A DNA stretch of 64,000 nucleotides from positions 480,001-544,000 of the forward strand of contig CAVPIB010000004.1 of NCBI GenBank assembly GCA_963704885.1, read 5' to 3'. Shown here in pieces: positions 31,930-42,296 of this stretch (its first letter is position 1; each line of letters opens with the position of its first letter). This DNA comes from an uncultured Actinomycetes bacterium. GTDB lineage: Bacteria; Actinomycetota; UBA4738; HRBIN12. The notes beneath the pieces are model-generated. The model was not told the origin of the DNA. It was given only the letters and a program-made list of their open reading frames with translations, and searched no databases. The translations under genes and the position numbers were made by a program.

Positions 31930-33396
31930 GTGAGTTCGAACGGTTCTTCCACCAACGGAACGATCCCAGTAACCCTGATCCCCGGCGATGGCATCGGTCC
32001 CGAGTGCGTGACCGCCGCCCAGCGCATCCTGGAGGCGGCCGGCGCCCCGATCGCCTGGGAGGAGTGTGAGGCCGGCGCCGAGGTATTCAAGAAAGGCCTG
32101 CCCTCGGGCGTTCCGGCCGAGACCATGGATTCCATCACCCGGACACGCGTGGCGCTGAAAGGACCGCTGGAAACACCGATCGGATTCGGCGAGAAGAGCG
32201 CGAACGTCACTCTGCGCAAGCTCTTCGAGACCTACGCGAACGTCCGCCCCGTACGCGAGATGCCGGGCGTGAAGACGCCCTACTCGGGTCGCGGCGTCGA
32301 CCTGGTCGTCGTGCGCGAGAACGTCGAGGACCTCTACGCCGGTATCGAATACATGCAGACGCCGGGTGTCGCCGAGTGCCTGAAGCTCATCTCGGTGAAG
32401 GGTTCCGAGAAGATCGTACGGTTCGCGTTCGAGTACGCGCGCTCGGAGGGACGCGCAAGCGTCGCATGCGCGACCAAGGCCAACATCATGAAGATGACCG
32501 AGGGAACCATGAAGCGCGTCTTCGAGGAGGTGGCGCCCGACTACCCGGAGATCGAGTCGTGGCACGTGATCATCGACAACTGCGCGCACCAGCTGGTCAA
32601 GCGCCCCGAGCAGTTCGACGTGATCGTGACCACGAACATGAACGGAGACATCATCAGCGACGAGTCTTCGGCCCTGATCGGCGGGCTGGGGTACGCCCCG
32701 TCGGCCAACATCGGCAACGAGATCGCGATCTTCGAGGCTGTCCACGGCTCCGCACCGAAATACGCCGGCAAGAACGTGATCAACCCGACCGCGGTGATCC
32801 TGTCGGCAGTCATGATGCTCCGGTACCTCGAGTTGTTCGAGCAGGCCGACGCGATCGAGCACGCGATCGGCGTGACCCTGGAGGCGGGCGTGCTGACGGG
32901 CGACGTCCTCGGGTACGACCGAGGCACGCCCACCACCGACTACACCGACGCGATCATAGGGAACCTGGGACGGCGCACCGAGACCTGGACCGTTCGCGAG
33001 CACACGGCACTGAAGCTCCCGCGGCTGGCGCCGAACCCGGACTACGTGAAGCCCAAGTCACGCGCTGTGGTAGGTCTCGACGTGTTCGTGGAGTCGCCGT
33101 TACAGGCCAGCGAGTTGGGGGCGTCACTCATGGAGCTCACCTCCGACACCAGGCTCTCGCTCAAGATGGTCTCGTCGCGAGGGACGAAGGTGTTCCCGCC
33201 GACGGGAGCGATCACCGACACCCTCGATCACTGGCGCGCTCGGTTCATCATCAAGGAGAACCCCGGCGACCTGCCAGACGACGACGTTCACGAGCTCCTG
33301 CAACGGATCTCCAGCCGTCACCGCTGGATGCACATCGAGAAGCTCCAAGAGTTCGACGGCGAGCTGGGATTCACGCGAGATCAGGGCGAGAACTGA
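31930..33396 (+). CDS. icd: Isocitrate dehydrogenase with C-terminal extension domain
   Basis: PGDGIGPE, KGPLETP..KSANVTLRK, TKANIMK, NMNGDIISD, EAVHGSAP. Confidence 0.92.
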   Translation: MSSNGSSTNGTIPVTLIPGDGIGPECVTAAQRILEAAGAPIAWEECEAGAEVFKKGLPSGVPAETMDSITRTRVALKGPLETPIGFGEKSANVTLRKLFETYANVRPVREMPGVKTPYSGRGVDLVVVRENVEDLYAGIEYMQTPGVAECLKLISVKGSEKIVRFAFEYARSEGRASVACATKANIMKMTEGTMKRVFEEVAPDYPEIESWHVIIDNCAHQLVKRPEQFDVIVTTNMNGDIISDESSALIGGLGYAPSANIGNEIAIFEAVHGSAPKYAGKNVINPTAVILSAVMMLRYLELFEQADAIEHAIGVTLEAGVLTGDVLGYDRGTPTTDYTDAIIGNLGRRTETWTVREHTALKLPRLAPNPDYVKPKSRAVVGLDVFVESPLQASELGASLMELTSDTRLSLKMVSSRGTKVFPPTGAITDTLDHWRARFIIKENPGDLPDDDVHELLQRISSRHRWMHIEKLQEFDGELGFTRDQGEN

Positions 33397-33827
33397 GCGG
33401 AGAGGAACTCCGCACGCACGCGATCGAAGAGCTCCCGGTCGTGCGGGTACGTGAGCAGCGAGCCCACGTCGGCCACGTCGACCCACCGGGCCTCGTCGAC
33501 CTCGTTGGCGGCTGCGATCGAGTCTCCCCCGGCCAGGGTCATGGTCCAGTAACGCACGGTCTTCGGGCGCATCCGGCTGTCGACGTACGAGATGGTCCCC
33601 AGGTCGCTCCCAGCGCGGCATGCAACGCCGATCTCCTCTTCGACCTCGCGTAGCGCGGCATCGAGCTCGGATTCCTTTTCATAGAGCTTGCCCTTGGGGA
33701 ACGACCAATCGTCGTAGGCGGGTCGGTGGACGAGAACGATCTCGATCCCAGCGGGAGCACGACGCCACACGATCCCGCCGGCCGCCCGTACGGGTGAGCC
33801 AGACTTGGACCGTCCTCCCTGACTCAC
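33381..33827 (-). CDS. NUDIX hydrolase (MutT1 N-terminal-like)
   Basis: VHRPAYDDWSFPKGK..AALREVEEEIG Nudix box. Confidence 0.9.
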   Translation of the reverse strand: MSQGGRSKSGSPVRAAGGIVWRRAPAGIEIVLVHRPAYDDWSFPKGKLYEKESELDAALREVEEEIGVACRAGSDLGTISYVDSRMRPKTVRYWTMTLAGGDSIAAANEVDEARWVDVADVGSLLTYPHDRELFDRVRAEFLSAQFSP

Positions 33828-35311
33828 AACTCATCCCGGGCTGACGCCAAGAGCTTCCAGGCCTTCCGCCAATGAGCCCTGGCCTCGATGGCGGCCACGC
33901 GCTCTATCCCCGCGAGCATCCCTGCCGCGAAGGCCGCATCGCCGGACCGATGGTCGGCGGCCCAGGTGCGGAGCCAGGCCGCCGCGACCACGGCGTCGTT
34001 GTGCTCGCCCAGCACGATCTGCAGCCGGGCCGCCGCCTCGGCGAACGATCGGGCCGACTTCCCCATCAGCGGCGCCAACGTGTCGGCCGCGTAACGAACC
34101 CGCTTCGCGCGGATCCTTATGGTGTGCAGCTCCACATCGCCCGGGTGCTTGCCCGCCGAGCGCACCGCCCGTCGCAGATGTCGCCAGGGACCCTGCAGCA
34201 GGTCCCTCACGATGACCCGGACCGCAACGTCGGCATCCGGCAGTACACCCGGCGCGTCGGCGGCCTCGACGATCCGATCGAGCAGCGCGTAGTAGCGGTC
34301 GGTGCGTAGCGCCTCGATCAGCGCGACATGCGCCTCCTTCCGGCGGTGATCCAGCCCTTCGATCACCCTCGCCACGCCCGGCGCCTCCGGCGATGGGATC
34401 GACTCCGCACGGCCCCGCACCCGGTCGAGCATCACGTCTGTGTCTCGGGCTTCACCCAGGACGGCACCCAGCCACCTGAGCTCCGCTCGGAGCGGTTCGA
34501 CCCACGTGGGATCGAGCGCTATGCGGAACGTTCGAAGATCCGAACGAAGCCTCCGCGAAGCGACCCGCGCCTGGTGCACACCCTCGGGGTCCGCGTCCAG
34601 CCGCATCACGACGTCGTGGCGGATCAGGTGGATCGCCGATCGGGAGAGCGCCCTACCCAGCACGGCAGCGACAGTGGCGTCGTGCCGCAGATCGCGGACA
34701 AGAAGCTCCGGCGGCTCGAGGGCCAGCGGTCCCAACGCGCGCACGTACTTGGTGGTCGGATCCGTCGCTCCGGCGCCGGCCTCGCGGAGCCGGCGGAGCA
34801 CTTCGTCGAGCAACCCCGCCGGCGTGTCGTCGGTGATCTCGATCTCGAGCTCCCGGAACCTCGCCGCGATCCGACGCCCTGCCAGCACCGACACCTCGTC
34901 GTCCACCACCTCTCCGAGGCCGTGATCGTCGAAGTCGAGCAGCTGCGTCTTGCGGCGGATCGTCCGCAGCTTCACAACGGGACCGAGGGTCGCCGTGCGC
35001 ACGTATGCGCGGATGAGATCGATCGCCTCGCCAGACGGGGAGTTGGGGTCCTCACCTGGGAACTCGAACTCACCGCGGATCAGCATCACCCCGTCGTCCT
35101 CGGGCGGGAGCTTCACCGTCCAGCCCTGGCCTTGGCGGTGACGCAGACTGATCCCCCACCGGGCCAGGCGAAGGTCGCTGGTGTCGAAGTAGACCGTCTC
35201 CAACCGCGCGGGGTCGTACGGGACGACCAGAACGTCGTCGCCCAAGTCGTCGAGAGCCGGCATCCGGAACGTGGGAGAGGCCGCAAGCTTGACCTCCCGC
35301 TCCAAAGACAT
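33824..35311 (-). CDS. CYTH + CHAD domain protein
   Basis: N-terminal ExExK (EREVK), YFDTSDLRL; CHAD HQARVASRRLRS, LHTIRIRAKRVRY, LGEHND. Confidence 0.9.
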   Translation of the reverse strand: MSLEREVKLAASPTFRMPALDDLGDDVLVVPYDPARLETVYFDTSDLRLARWGISLRHRQGQGWTVKLPPEDDGVMLIRGEFEFPGEDPNSPSGEAIDLIRAYVRTATLGPVVKLRTIRRKTQLLDFDDHGLGEVVDDEVSVLAGRRIAARFRELEIEITDDTPAGLLDEVLRRLREAGAGATDPTTKYVRALGPLALEPPELLVRDLRHDATVAAVLGRALSRSAIHLIRHDVVMRLDADPEGVHQARVASRRLRSDLRTFRIALDPTWVEPLRAELRWLGAVLGEARDTDVMLDRVRGRAESIPSPEAPGVARVIEGLDHRRKEAHVALIEALRTDRYYALLDRIVEAADAPGVLPDADVAVRVIVRDLLQGPWRHLRRAVRSAGKHPGDVELHTIRIRAKRVRYAADTLAPLMGKSARSFAEAAARLQIVLGEHNDAVVAAAWLRTWAADHRSGDAAFAAGMLAGIERVAAIEARAHWRKAWKLLASARDEL

Positions 35312-37395
35312 CAGCCCGCCCATCCCTCCGTCAACCGTTGGAGGAACGCCTGCGTCTCTATCCCCTTCTCCGATGGGACCTTCGACCAGCCGTCTGGGTG
35401 AAGCTCCCACGCCAAGACGTCATCCTTCAGGTTCACCTGAAGGATCTCGTCCAGCCGATCCTTCAGGCTGGGGTCCAGTACCTCCGTAACGCACTCCACG
35501 CGGTGGTCGAGGTTCCGCGGCATCAGATCGGCCGAACCTATGTATAAGCGGACGCCGCGGCGCTCGCTGCCGAACCGGAACACGCGGGAGTGCTCCAGGT
35601 ACCGCCCCACGATCGAGCGGATGTGGATGTTCTCGGACAGACCCGGGACGCCGGGCTGCAGGCAACAGATGCCGCGCACGATCAGGTCGATCCGGGTCCC
35701 CGACCGGGACGCTTCGTATAGCGCATCGATCATCTCGGAGTCCACCAAGCTGTTCATCTTCATGACGATGCGTCCGTCGTCGGCCTGGGCCTCCTCGCGG
35801 ATCAGGGAGAGGAGGCGTGAGCGTAAGCTGATCGGAGCCACCAGGATCCGGCGATATGCGAGTTGCTGGCTGTACCCGGTGAGGTAGTTGAAGAGGTCGG
35901 CTACGTCGGCCGTGATATCGGGGTCGTCGGTGAGCAGCCCCAGGTCCTCGTAAAGGGTGGCCGTCACCGGGTGGTAGTTGCCGGTGCCGACGTGCGCGTA
36001 GCGTCGGATCGCGTCGCCCTCGTCACGGACGACCAGCGAGCACTTGGCGTGCGTCTTCAACCCGACCACTCCGTACACGACGTGAACGCCAGCCTGCTCT
36101 AGGACGCGAGCCCACGTGATGTTGGTCTCTTCGTCGAACCGAGCGGTGAGCTCCACGAGCGCCACCGTCTGTTTGCCCAGCTCCGCTGCGCGGACCAACG
36201 CGCGAACGATCGGGCTCTCTTCTCCGGAGGTTCGATACAGCGTCTGCTTGATAGCCAGGACGGATGGATCGCGTGCTGCCTGCTCCACGAATAGCTCGGT
36301 CGACGTCGAGAAGGCGTCATAGGGATGATGGACGAGGATGTCTCCCTCGCGGATCACGCTGAAGATGTCAACGTGTCCGCTCGCGACGGGCTGGAGCCTG
36401 GTCTGAGTGACGCCGGTCCACGGCTCCCCGTTCAGGTCGGGGCGATCGAGCGATGTCAGCTGCCATAGATCGCCCAGACCCAGCATCGACTTGGTCACGA
36501 AGACGTCGGACTTCTCGACCCCGAGCTCGTCCTCGATCAGCGAACGGACCGCCTTGGGCATGGAACGATGAACCTCCAGGCGCACGGCCTCCGGCGATCG
36601 CTCCCGCTGGCGGAGGATCGACTCGATCGCAGCGAGCAGATCGTCGGCTTCATCTAACTCGAGGTCGAGGTCGAGGTCGCGCGTCACGCGGAACGGGTGA
36701 ACGGCCAGCATCTCCATGCCGGTAAAGAGAAGATCCAGGTTGGCTGCGATCACCTGCTCCTGCGGGACGAATCGCCCGTCCCCGGGGAGCGGTAGCAACC
36801 GGGGGATGTTCGGCGGCACCTTCACCCGTGCGAATCGCCGGAGGTGCGTTGCGGGATCGCGGACCACGACCGCCAGGTTCAAGGAGAGATCGGAGATATA
36901 CGGGAACGGGTGTGCCCGATCGACGGATAGCGGCGTGAGGATGGGGAACACGCGGCGCTCGAACGTCTGCCGCATGTGGATCCGATCGTCGGCGCCGAGG
37001 TCCTCCCAGTCCACGATGCTGACCCCGGCCGCATCCAGCCGGGGCCGTACGCTCTTTGCCCAGATCTGGTGCTGGCGAGTCATCAGGAACTTGACCCGCT
37101 TGCTGATAGCGTCCAGCTGCTGCCGCACGGTCAGACCGTCCGGCGAAGTGGTCGACAACCCTACCGACAGCTGATCCTTCAGTCCGGCAACGCGGATCTG
37201 GAAGAACTCGTCCAGGTTGCGGCTGAAGATCGCAAGGAACTTCACGCGCTCTAGGAGCGGACGCTCGTTGTCCTCGGCGAGCGCCAGCACGCGGGCGTTG
37301 AAGTCCAGCCAGGACAGCTCTCGGTTGGCGAACCGACTGGGAGGCGGCACTTCCTTGAGCGGGGTGGATCGTGCGACGTGCGCCTCGCTCGGCAT
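35311..37395 (-). CDS. ppk1: Polyphosphate kinase 1
   Basis: NRELSWLDFNARVL, HHPYD, KQTLYRT, KTHAK, RYLEHSR. Confidence 0.97.
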   Translation of the reverse strand: MPSEAHVARSTPLKEVPPPSRFANRELSWLDFNARVLALAEDNERPLLERVKFLAIFSRNLDEFFQIRVAGLKDQLSVGLSTTSPDGLTVRQQLDAISKRVKFLMTRQHQIWAKSVRPRLDAAGVSIVDWEDLGADDRIHMRQTFERRVFPILTPLSVDRAHPFPYISDLSLNLAVVVRDPATHLRRFARVKVPPNIPRLLPLPGDGRFVPQEQVIAANLDLLFTGMEMLAVHPFRVTRDLDLDLELDEADDLLAAIESILRQRERSPEAVRLEVHRSMPKAVRSLIEDELGVEKSDVFVTKSMLGLGDLWQLTSLDRPDLNGEPWTGVTQTRLQPVASGHVDIFSVIREGDILVHHPYDAFSTSTELFVEQAARDPSVLAIKQTLYRTSGEESPIVRALVRAAELGKQTVALVELTARFDEETNITWARVLEQAGVHVVYGVVGLKTHAKCSLVVRDEGDAIRRYAHVGTGNYHPVTATLYEDLGLLTDDPDITADVADLFNYLTGYSQQLAYRRILVAPISLRSRLLSLIREEAQADDGRIVMKMNSLVDSEMIDALYEASRSGTRIDLIVRGICCLQPGVPGLSENIHIRSIVGRYLEHSRVFRFGSERRGVRLYIGSADLMPRNLDHRVECVTEVLDPSLKDRLDEILQVNLKDDVLAWELHPDGWSKVPSEKGIETQAFLQRLTEGWAG

Positions 37396-37484
37396 GTGAA
37401 TGGTCCTTGCGGTTGGGGAACGCTGTTGCTTCCGGATGGTACTTCACGCTGCGCTGCAGCGCGACCGCCATCCGGTCATAGAAG

Positions 37485-38264
37485 ATGTCCTCCATGACCA
37501 CGGCGGAGGCGCTCCTGACAGTGGCGGTCGGGTTGGGCGCTGGTGTGCTGTCCGGCCTCTTCGGCGTGGGTGGCGGGATCGTGATGACACCGGGACTGAC
37601 CGCCCTGGCCGGCCTCGCGCCGATCGTAGCGATCGCGACGCCCCTTCCGGTGATCCTGCCGACCGCTTCGGTGGGCGCATACACCTACTATCGGGCCGGC
37701 GAGGTAGACATCCGGGCCGCCAAGTGGATCTCGCTGACCGGGGCGGGGGCTTCGGCCGTGGGGGCCGCGCTCACGCGGGTGGTCGATGCGAGGTTCCTGC
37801 TCCTGGTGACCGCCGCGCTCCTGGCCTGGCAATCCGCTCAGATCCTTCGCGGACGATCGCGCGTGGGCTCCGAGATCGAGGATGTCGCGATCCCGGCGTG
37901 GACGCTCGTCCTGGTCGGCCTGGTCGCGGGGCTCCTCTCGGGACTGCTGGGGATCGGCGGTGGCCTGGTGATCGTGCCCGCGCTCGCAGGCATCTTGGAC
38001 GTTCCGCTGAAGAGGGCGCTGGGCACCTCGCTGGTTGCCGTGGTGGTCTTGGTCATCCCGGGGACGATCGTCCACGCGGCGCTTGACCACCTGGACTGGA
38101 CTGCGGCATTTCTCCTTGCGATCGGGGCGCTGCCAGGGGCTCGACTGGGAGCCAAGATCGCCCTGGGCGCCGATGAGCGGACCCTCCGGTTGATGGTGGG
38201 CAGCTTCCTGGCGTTCGTCGCCGTGGCCTACGGGACCCAGCAGGCGATCGAGCTGCTCTCGTGA
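37485..38264 (+). CDS. TauE/SafE family membrane transporter
   Basis: Two SGL(F/L)G(V/I)GGG repeats, many TM segments. Confidence 0.9.
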   Translation: MSSMTTAEALLTVAVGLGAGVLSGLFGVGGGIVMTPGLTALAGLAPIVAIATPLPVILPTASVGAYTYYRAGEVDIRAAKWISLTGAGASAVGAALTRVVDARFLLLVTAALLAWQSAQILRGRSRVGSEIEDVAIPAWTLVLVGLVAGLLSGLLGIGGGLVIVPALAGILDVPLKRALGTSLVAVVVLVIPGTIVHAALDHLDWTAAFLLAIGALPGARLGAKIALGADERTLRLMVGSFLAFVAVAYGTQQAIELLS

Positions 38265-38317
38265 AGTCGGCGAGGGCCCAGTTGCTACACTTCCGCGCGA
38301 CCCAGTCCAGGTCGTTC

Positions 38318-38390
38318 GGTCCCATCGTCTAGTGGCCTAGGACACCACCCTCTCAAGGTGGAGACACGGGTTCGAACCCCGTTGGGACTA
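38318..38390 (+). tRNA. tRNA-Glu(CTC), CCA not encoded
   Basis: ggtccca/tgggact acceptor stem, ccacc-ctCTCaa-ggtgg anticodon arm, GGTTCGAACCC. Confidence 0.96.
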
Positions 38391-38661
38391 CGCAGGTCAG
38401 AGGCCCGTGCCATCCGGAAGGGTCGTCCACTCAGCATCCTGCGGTCGCTGACTCTACCGACGAACTCGCCAGGTTGAGCAGGCGTTTCGGGATCCCCTCG
38501 AACCCGTTTGCTTGTCGAGCCGGAATCCGACACGTGGGTCGTAGGCGTGAGGCGTGGAGGCAACCGAAAGGCCGGGATGACAGGCCGCAGCCGACGTCGA
38601 CCGACACAGCGTAGACGCTCGGTAACTGGGGCTTCGTATCGGCGAGACGCGCCCGCGGCGA

Positions 38662-39819
38662 TCAGGGCATCGGAGCCGGCGCGGCGGCGTATCGATCGGC
38701 CAATCGCGCGAGGAGCGGTCCGCCCACCGCTAGGAGAAGCACGTACGCGGCCGCGATCGGTCCGATGTCCGGCTCCGCACCCGACGCGACCGCGATGCCG
38801 GCGATCACGATCGAGAACTCGCCCCTGGCGATCAGCCCGACGCCGGCGCGGATCCGACCTCGACGGCCAAGCCCAGCCCGTCTGGCGGCGAGCCATCCTG
38901 TGGCGTACTTGCTCGCGGCGCCGACGAGCGCCAGCGCACCGGCGGATGGGAGCGCGCGGGGCAGCGTTCCAGGATCGACCTCGAAGCCGAAGAACAGGAA
39001 GAACGCCGCGGCGAACACCGAGCGCAGGGGGATGAGTAGCGATCGAGCTCGACCCGCCGATGGCCCCGAGAAGGCGATCCCGGCGAGGAACGCGCCCACC
39101 GCCGCCGAGACGTTGAGCGACTGCGTCGCACCGGCTGTCAGCAGCAGGACGGCGAGGATCGCGAACAGCAGCGCTTCGTCCGAGCGGCTGAAGACTGCGC
39201 GACTGATCGCCTCACCGTAGCGAGCGGCGACCGCAAGCACGGTGAGGACGACGAGGGCAGCGATGCCGACGGAAATCGCAACGCGCCAAGGACCGCCCCC
39301 CACAAGCAACACCGTCCCGAGCGGCAGGAACCCCGCCATCGCCAGGTCCTCGATCACCAGGATCGCGAGGACGAGCGGTGTCTCGCGGTTCCCCATCCAC
39401 CCGAGGTCGTCGAGCGTTCGGGCGATGACGCCGGACGAGGAGATGTAGGTCACGCCACCCAGGAACGCCGCCGGGACAGGATCCCAACCGAGCATGATGC
39501 CGGCAATGAAGCCGGGCGTGAAGTTCAGCACCAGGTCGAGCCCGCCGACGAGCGCGGTGGAGCGGAGCGACCCCACCAGCTCACGGGCTGAGTACTCAAG
39601 CCCAAGCGAGAACAGGAGTAGGATCAGGCCGATCTCCGCTCCTGCCGCGATGAACTCGTCCGCGGTTACAAGCGGGATCACACCGCCCTGTCCGAACGCC
39701 AGACCTGCCAGCAGGTAGAGCGGGATCGGCGAGAAGCCGAATCGGGAGGCCAGCCGGGCCAGGATCGCGAGCAGCAGCACGACGCCGCCGAGCTCGATGA
39801 GGAACAGCGAGTCCTGCAC
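38662..39819 (-). CDS. CPA2 cation:proton antiporter (KhtU-like)
   Basis: SPIPLYLLAGL, LGLEYS, YISSSGVI, IARGEFSIVIA. Confidence 0.9.
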   Translation of the reverse strand: MQDSLFLIELGGVVLLLAILARLASRFGFSPIPLYLLAGLAFGQGGVIPLVTADEFIAAGAEIGLILLLFSLGLEYSARELVGSLRSTALVGGLDLVLNFTPGFIAGIMLGWDPVPAAFLGGVTYISSSGVIARTLDDLGWMGNRETPLVLAILVIEDLAMAGFLPLGTVLLVGGGPWRVAISVGIAALVVLTVLAVAARYGEAISRAVFSRSDEALLFAILAVLLLTAGATQSLNVSAAVGAFLAGIAFSGPSAGRARSLLIPLRSVFAAAFFLFFGFEVDPGTLPRALPSAGALALVGAASKYATGWLAARRAGLGRRGRIRAGVGLIARGEFSIVIAGIAVASGAEPDIGPIAAAYVLLLAVGGPLLARLADRYAAAPAPMP

Positions 39820-39822
39820 CGC

Positions 39823-40317
39823 TCAACCCGAGCGGAGTAGGATGGCGAGCTCCTCGATGCCGCGGGGCGTGCCCACCACTACGAGTACGTCCCCGCCCCG
39901 CAGTCCGAACTCTGGACCAGGTGCCGGGTTCGCCGAACCCGCGCGAAGAACCGCCACGATCGACACCCCGGTCCGCGTCCTGGCGGCCGTGTCGCCGATC
40001 GTCCGCCCGTCGAACGGCGAGGTCCCGGGGAGCGGCAGCCGATCCACGGCGAGCCCCTCGACGTCCTGCTCGAGCTCCGCGAGATCCTTGGCCACCTGGG
40101 ACACGCCCAGCAGCTCCGCGAGCGTGCGGCTGTCATCCGCGCTCAGCCGGACGAGGTCGTGCGAGGTGTCGGGATCCTCACGCTCGAAGAGCACCAGCTC
40201 CCGCATCCCCGAGCGGTGGTGGACCACGCCGACACGGGCGCCGTCCTCGGTGACGAACTCGTACCGGACGCCGATACCGGGCAACGGCGTCTCGCTAACG
40301 ATGCGCACGAATGTCAT
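39823..40317 (-). CDS. Antiporter regulatory subunit with RCK_C domain (KhtT-like)
   Basis: ETPLPGIGVRYEF..RTRTGVSIVAVLR. Confidence 0.9.
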   Translation of the reverse strand: MTFVRIVSETPLPGIGVRYEFVTEDGARVGVVHHRSGMRELVLFEREDPDTSHDLVRLSADDSRTLAELLGVSQVAKDLAELEQDVEGLAVDRLPLPGTSPFDGRTIGDTAARTRTGVSIVAVLRAGSANPAPGPEFGLRGGDVLVVVGTPRGIEELAILLRSG

Positions 40318-40374
40318 CCCTCCTGCCAGGATGGAGCCAAGATCGAAACGAGAGTCTCCCGGGGGAAACTCTGC

Positions 40375-40694
40375 TCAGGGCCGGCAGCCGCTGCAGCAGT
40401 TCGTCTAGGAACTCGATGGCCCGCATCGCGTCGTGTTGATCTGGCTCGCTGTCCAGCCACGCCACGAGCTGCTCACGTGCTCGCATAGGGGCATTGATCG
40501 AGTAGCTTGTCGATGGTTCCGATCCCGCCGCGTTGGTCATGGAGGGAACCGGGAACGTCGGGCCGGCGTAGCGAAACGCGCTTGTCGTCTTTCTTGCGGG
40601 ACACATACAGACGCCGACCGTCGCGGAGATCGGCTGCGAAGTACTTGCCCCCTCGCGGACCCTCCAACTCGAGGATGTTCGGCTGCTCGGTCAT
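40375..40694 (-). pseudogene. Hypothetical gene apparently frameshifted near 40480
   Basis: MTEQPNILELEGPRGGKYF..DQCPYA then AREQLVAWLD..ELLQRLPA in another frame. Confidence 0.4.
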
Positions 40695-40941
40695 CCCATC
40701 CACCCGTGCATCTCCTCCTCCCAGAGCATCCCCAACACTACGCCTCGAGCGTGCGGCGACTCCTCCAAGTCGATCAGGAGCTCCGCGGACGTCCGCGTCT
40801 TGGCGATGCGAGAACAACCGGATCTGCCGCGCGCGGTCGAAGTCCGGAAGCATCAGTGTGGAGCAGCTCGGCGTGTGGAACGGGGCCGAGCGCGTCCAGG
40901 CGATCGTGGAGCAGGCGCTCGATGTCTTCGAGGTTGGTCAT
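40691..40941 (-). pseudogene. Degenerate small hypothetical gene
   Basis: MTNLEDIERLLHDRLDALGPVPHAELLH / LMLPDFDRARQI / KTRTSAELLIDLEE..GMLWEE needs two frame changes. Confidence 0.45.
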
Positions 40942-40961
40942 GTGCTTGCTGAGGGACGACT

Positions 40962-41405
40962 CTAGTGGGTCGATACCAACCGGGCAGTCACGCTGAGCTC
41001 GACGTTCCCCTTCAGCGCACCCGAGACTGGACAGCCATCCTTCGCCTGCTCGGCGGCGTCTCTGAACGCATCCTCCGTGATCCCGGGGACCAAGCCCTCC
41101 ACGTCCAGCGCCGAAGCAGTGATCCCTGTCCCCGGGACGAAGGTGACGGTGGCCGCGACGTTCAGGCCCTCCGGCGGCGTCCCGGCCTTGGCCAGCCCGT
41201 TGGACAGCGCCATCGAGAAGCAGGCGGCGTGCGCCGCCGCGATCAGCTCCTCGGGGCTCGTGAGCTCGGCTTGGCCCTCGCCGGTCCGCGCAGCCCAGGA
41301 CACACCGAGCGGTCCGAACGCCCCGCTACCCACGCGCTCGATCGTGCCGTTCCCACTCATCAGGTCGCCACGCCACGTGACGTCCGCTCGCTTCTCGGCA
41401 GCCAT
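40962..41405 (-). CDS. osmC: OsmC family peroxiredoxin
   Basis: SPEELIAAAHAACFSMAL..AKDGCPVS. Confidence 0.93.
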   Translation of the reverse strand: MAAEKRADVTWRGDLMSGNGTIERVGSGAFGPLGVSWAARTGEGQAELTSPEELIAAAHAACFSMALSNGLAKAGTPPEGLNVAATVTFVPGTGITASALDVEGLVPGITEDAFRDAAEQAKDGCPVSGALKGNVELSVTARLVSTH

Positions 41406-41670
41406 CCGTTCCCTCCTGACCGTCTCCGACGGGCCCAGCTAACCGCGTCCGGGACATTGGGAGCAAGCCGTGGCGACCGTTCCTCTCGAAAACGCAGGGG
41501 TCGTGATAGGCGAGATCAGGAAAGTCTCCCCATCAGTGCCGCGCTGATCGGAGGCTGTCCCTCCGTGACGATGCTGGATAGCTCGCCGTGCTGATCGACC
41601 TGGAAGAGGACGAAAGGGTACCTTCGACGGGAGGTTGCACGACGTCGATCCGACCGGCTACGGTTCGATC

Positions 41671-42147
41671 GTGAGCGACAGGAGGCCTTCGCGCGAGGGG
41701 TCCGGGCTCTCCGTCGGCCAACCGTTGGGACGCGCGGGCGTCGAGATTCTCGCAGCAGTTCCGCTGTTCTCGGAGTTGTCGAAGCGACGACTCCGATCGC
41801 TCTCCGACAAGGCCATGGTCGTCAGCTACGGCCCCGACCGGATCGTGCTGGGGGAGGGGGTGCGTGGGGGCGGTTCGGTGTTCGTGCTCTTAGAGGGCAC
41901 CGCCCGGGTGGTGGTCGGGAGTCGTACGATCAAACCTCTCGGCCCGGGAGACGTCTTCGGCGAGCTGTCCCTCTTGGATGGTTCACCCCGCTCGGCCAGC
42001 GTGGTCGCCGCATCATCCATCGTGACGGCTCGACTGTCGCGCACGGCCTTTCTCGATCTCATCCGGTCCGATCCGGACATCGCCTTCCACATCATGGAGA
42101 TGCTCGCCACTCGCCTGCGAGAGTGCCAGGGGAGCGGCGCGCTGTAG
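41671..42147 (+). CDS. Stand-alone cyclic-nucleotide-binding domain protein
   Basis: VPLFSEL, GPGDVFGELSLLDGSPRSASV; no HTH; start uncertain. Confidence 0.85.
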   Translation: MSDRRPSREGSGLSVGQPLGRAGVEILAAVPLFSELSKRRLRSLSDKAMVVSYGPDRIVLGEGVRGGGSVFVLLEGTARVVVGSRTIKPLGPGDVFGELSLLDGSPRSASVVAASSIVTARLSRTAFLDLIRSDPDIAFHIMEMLATRLRECQGSGAL

Positions 42148-42296
42148 CGAAGAGCCTCGATCGGGTGCCGGGTGATTGGGCACGGCGAGCAGTACTCGCC
42201 CAAACCGCCAATGAGACCGCAGCACGGAACTCGGCCCACCTTCAGCGGACCGAACGGCCCTTGCGGGTGGCGGCTCTCTCCCGGGAACATGGGTGC

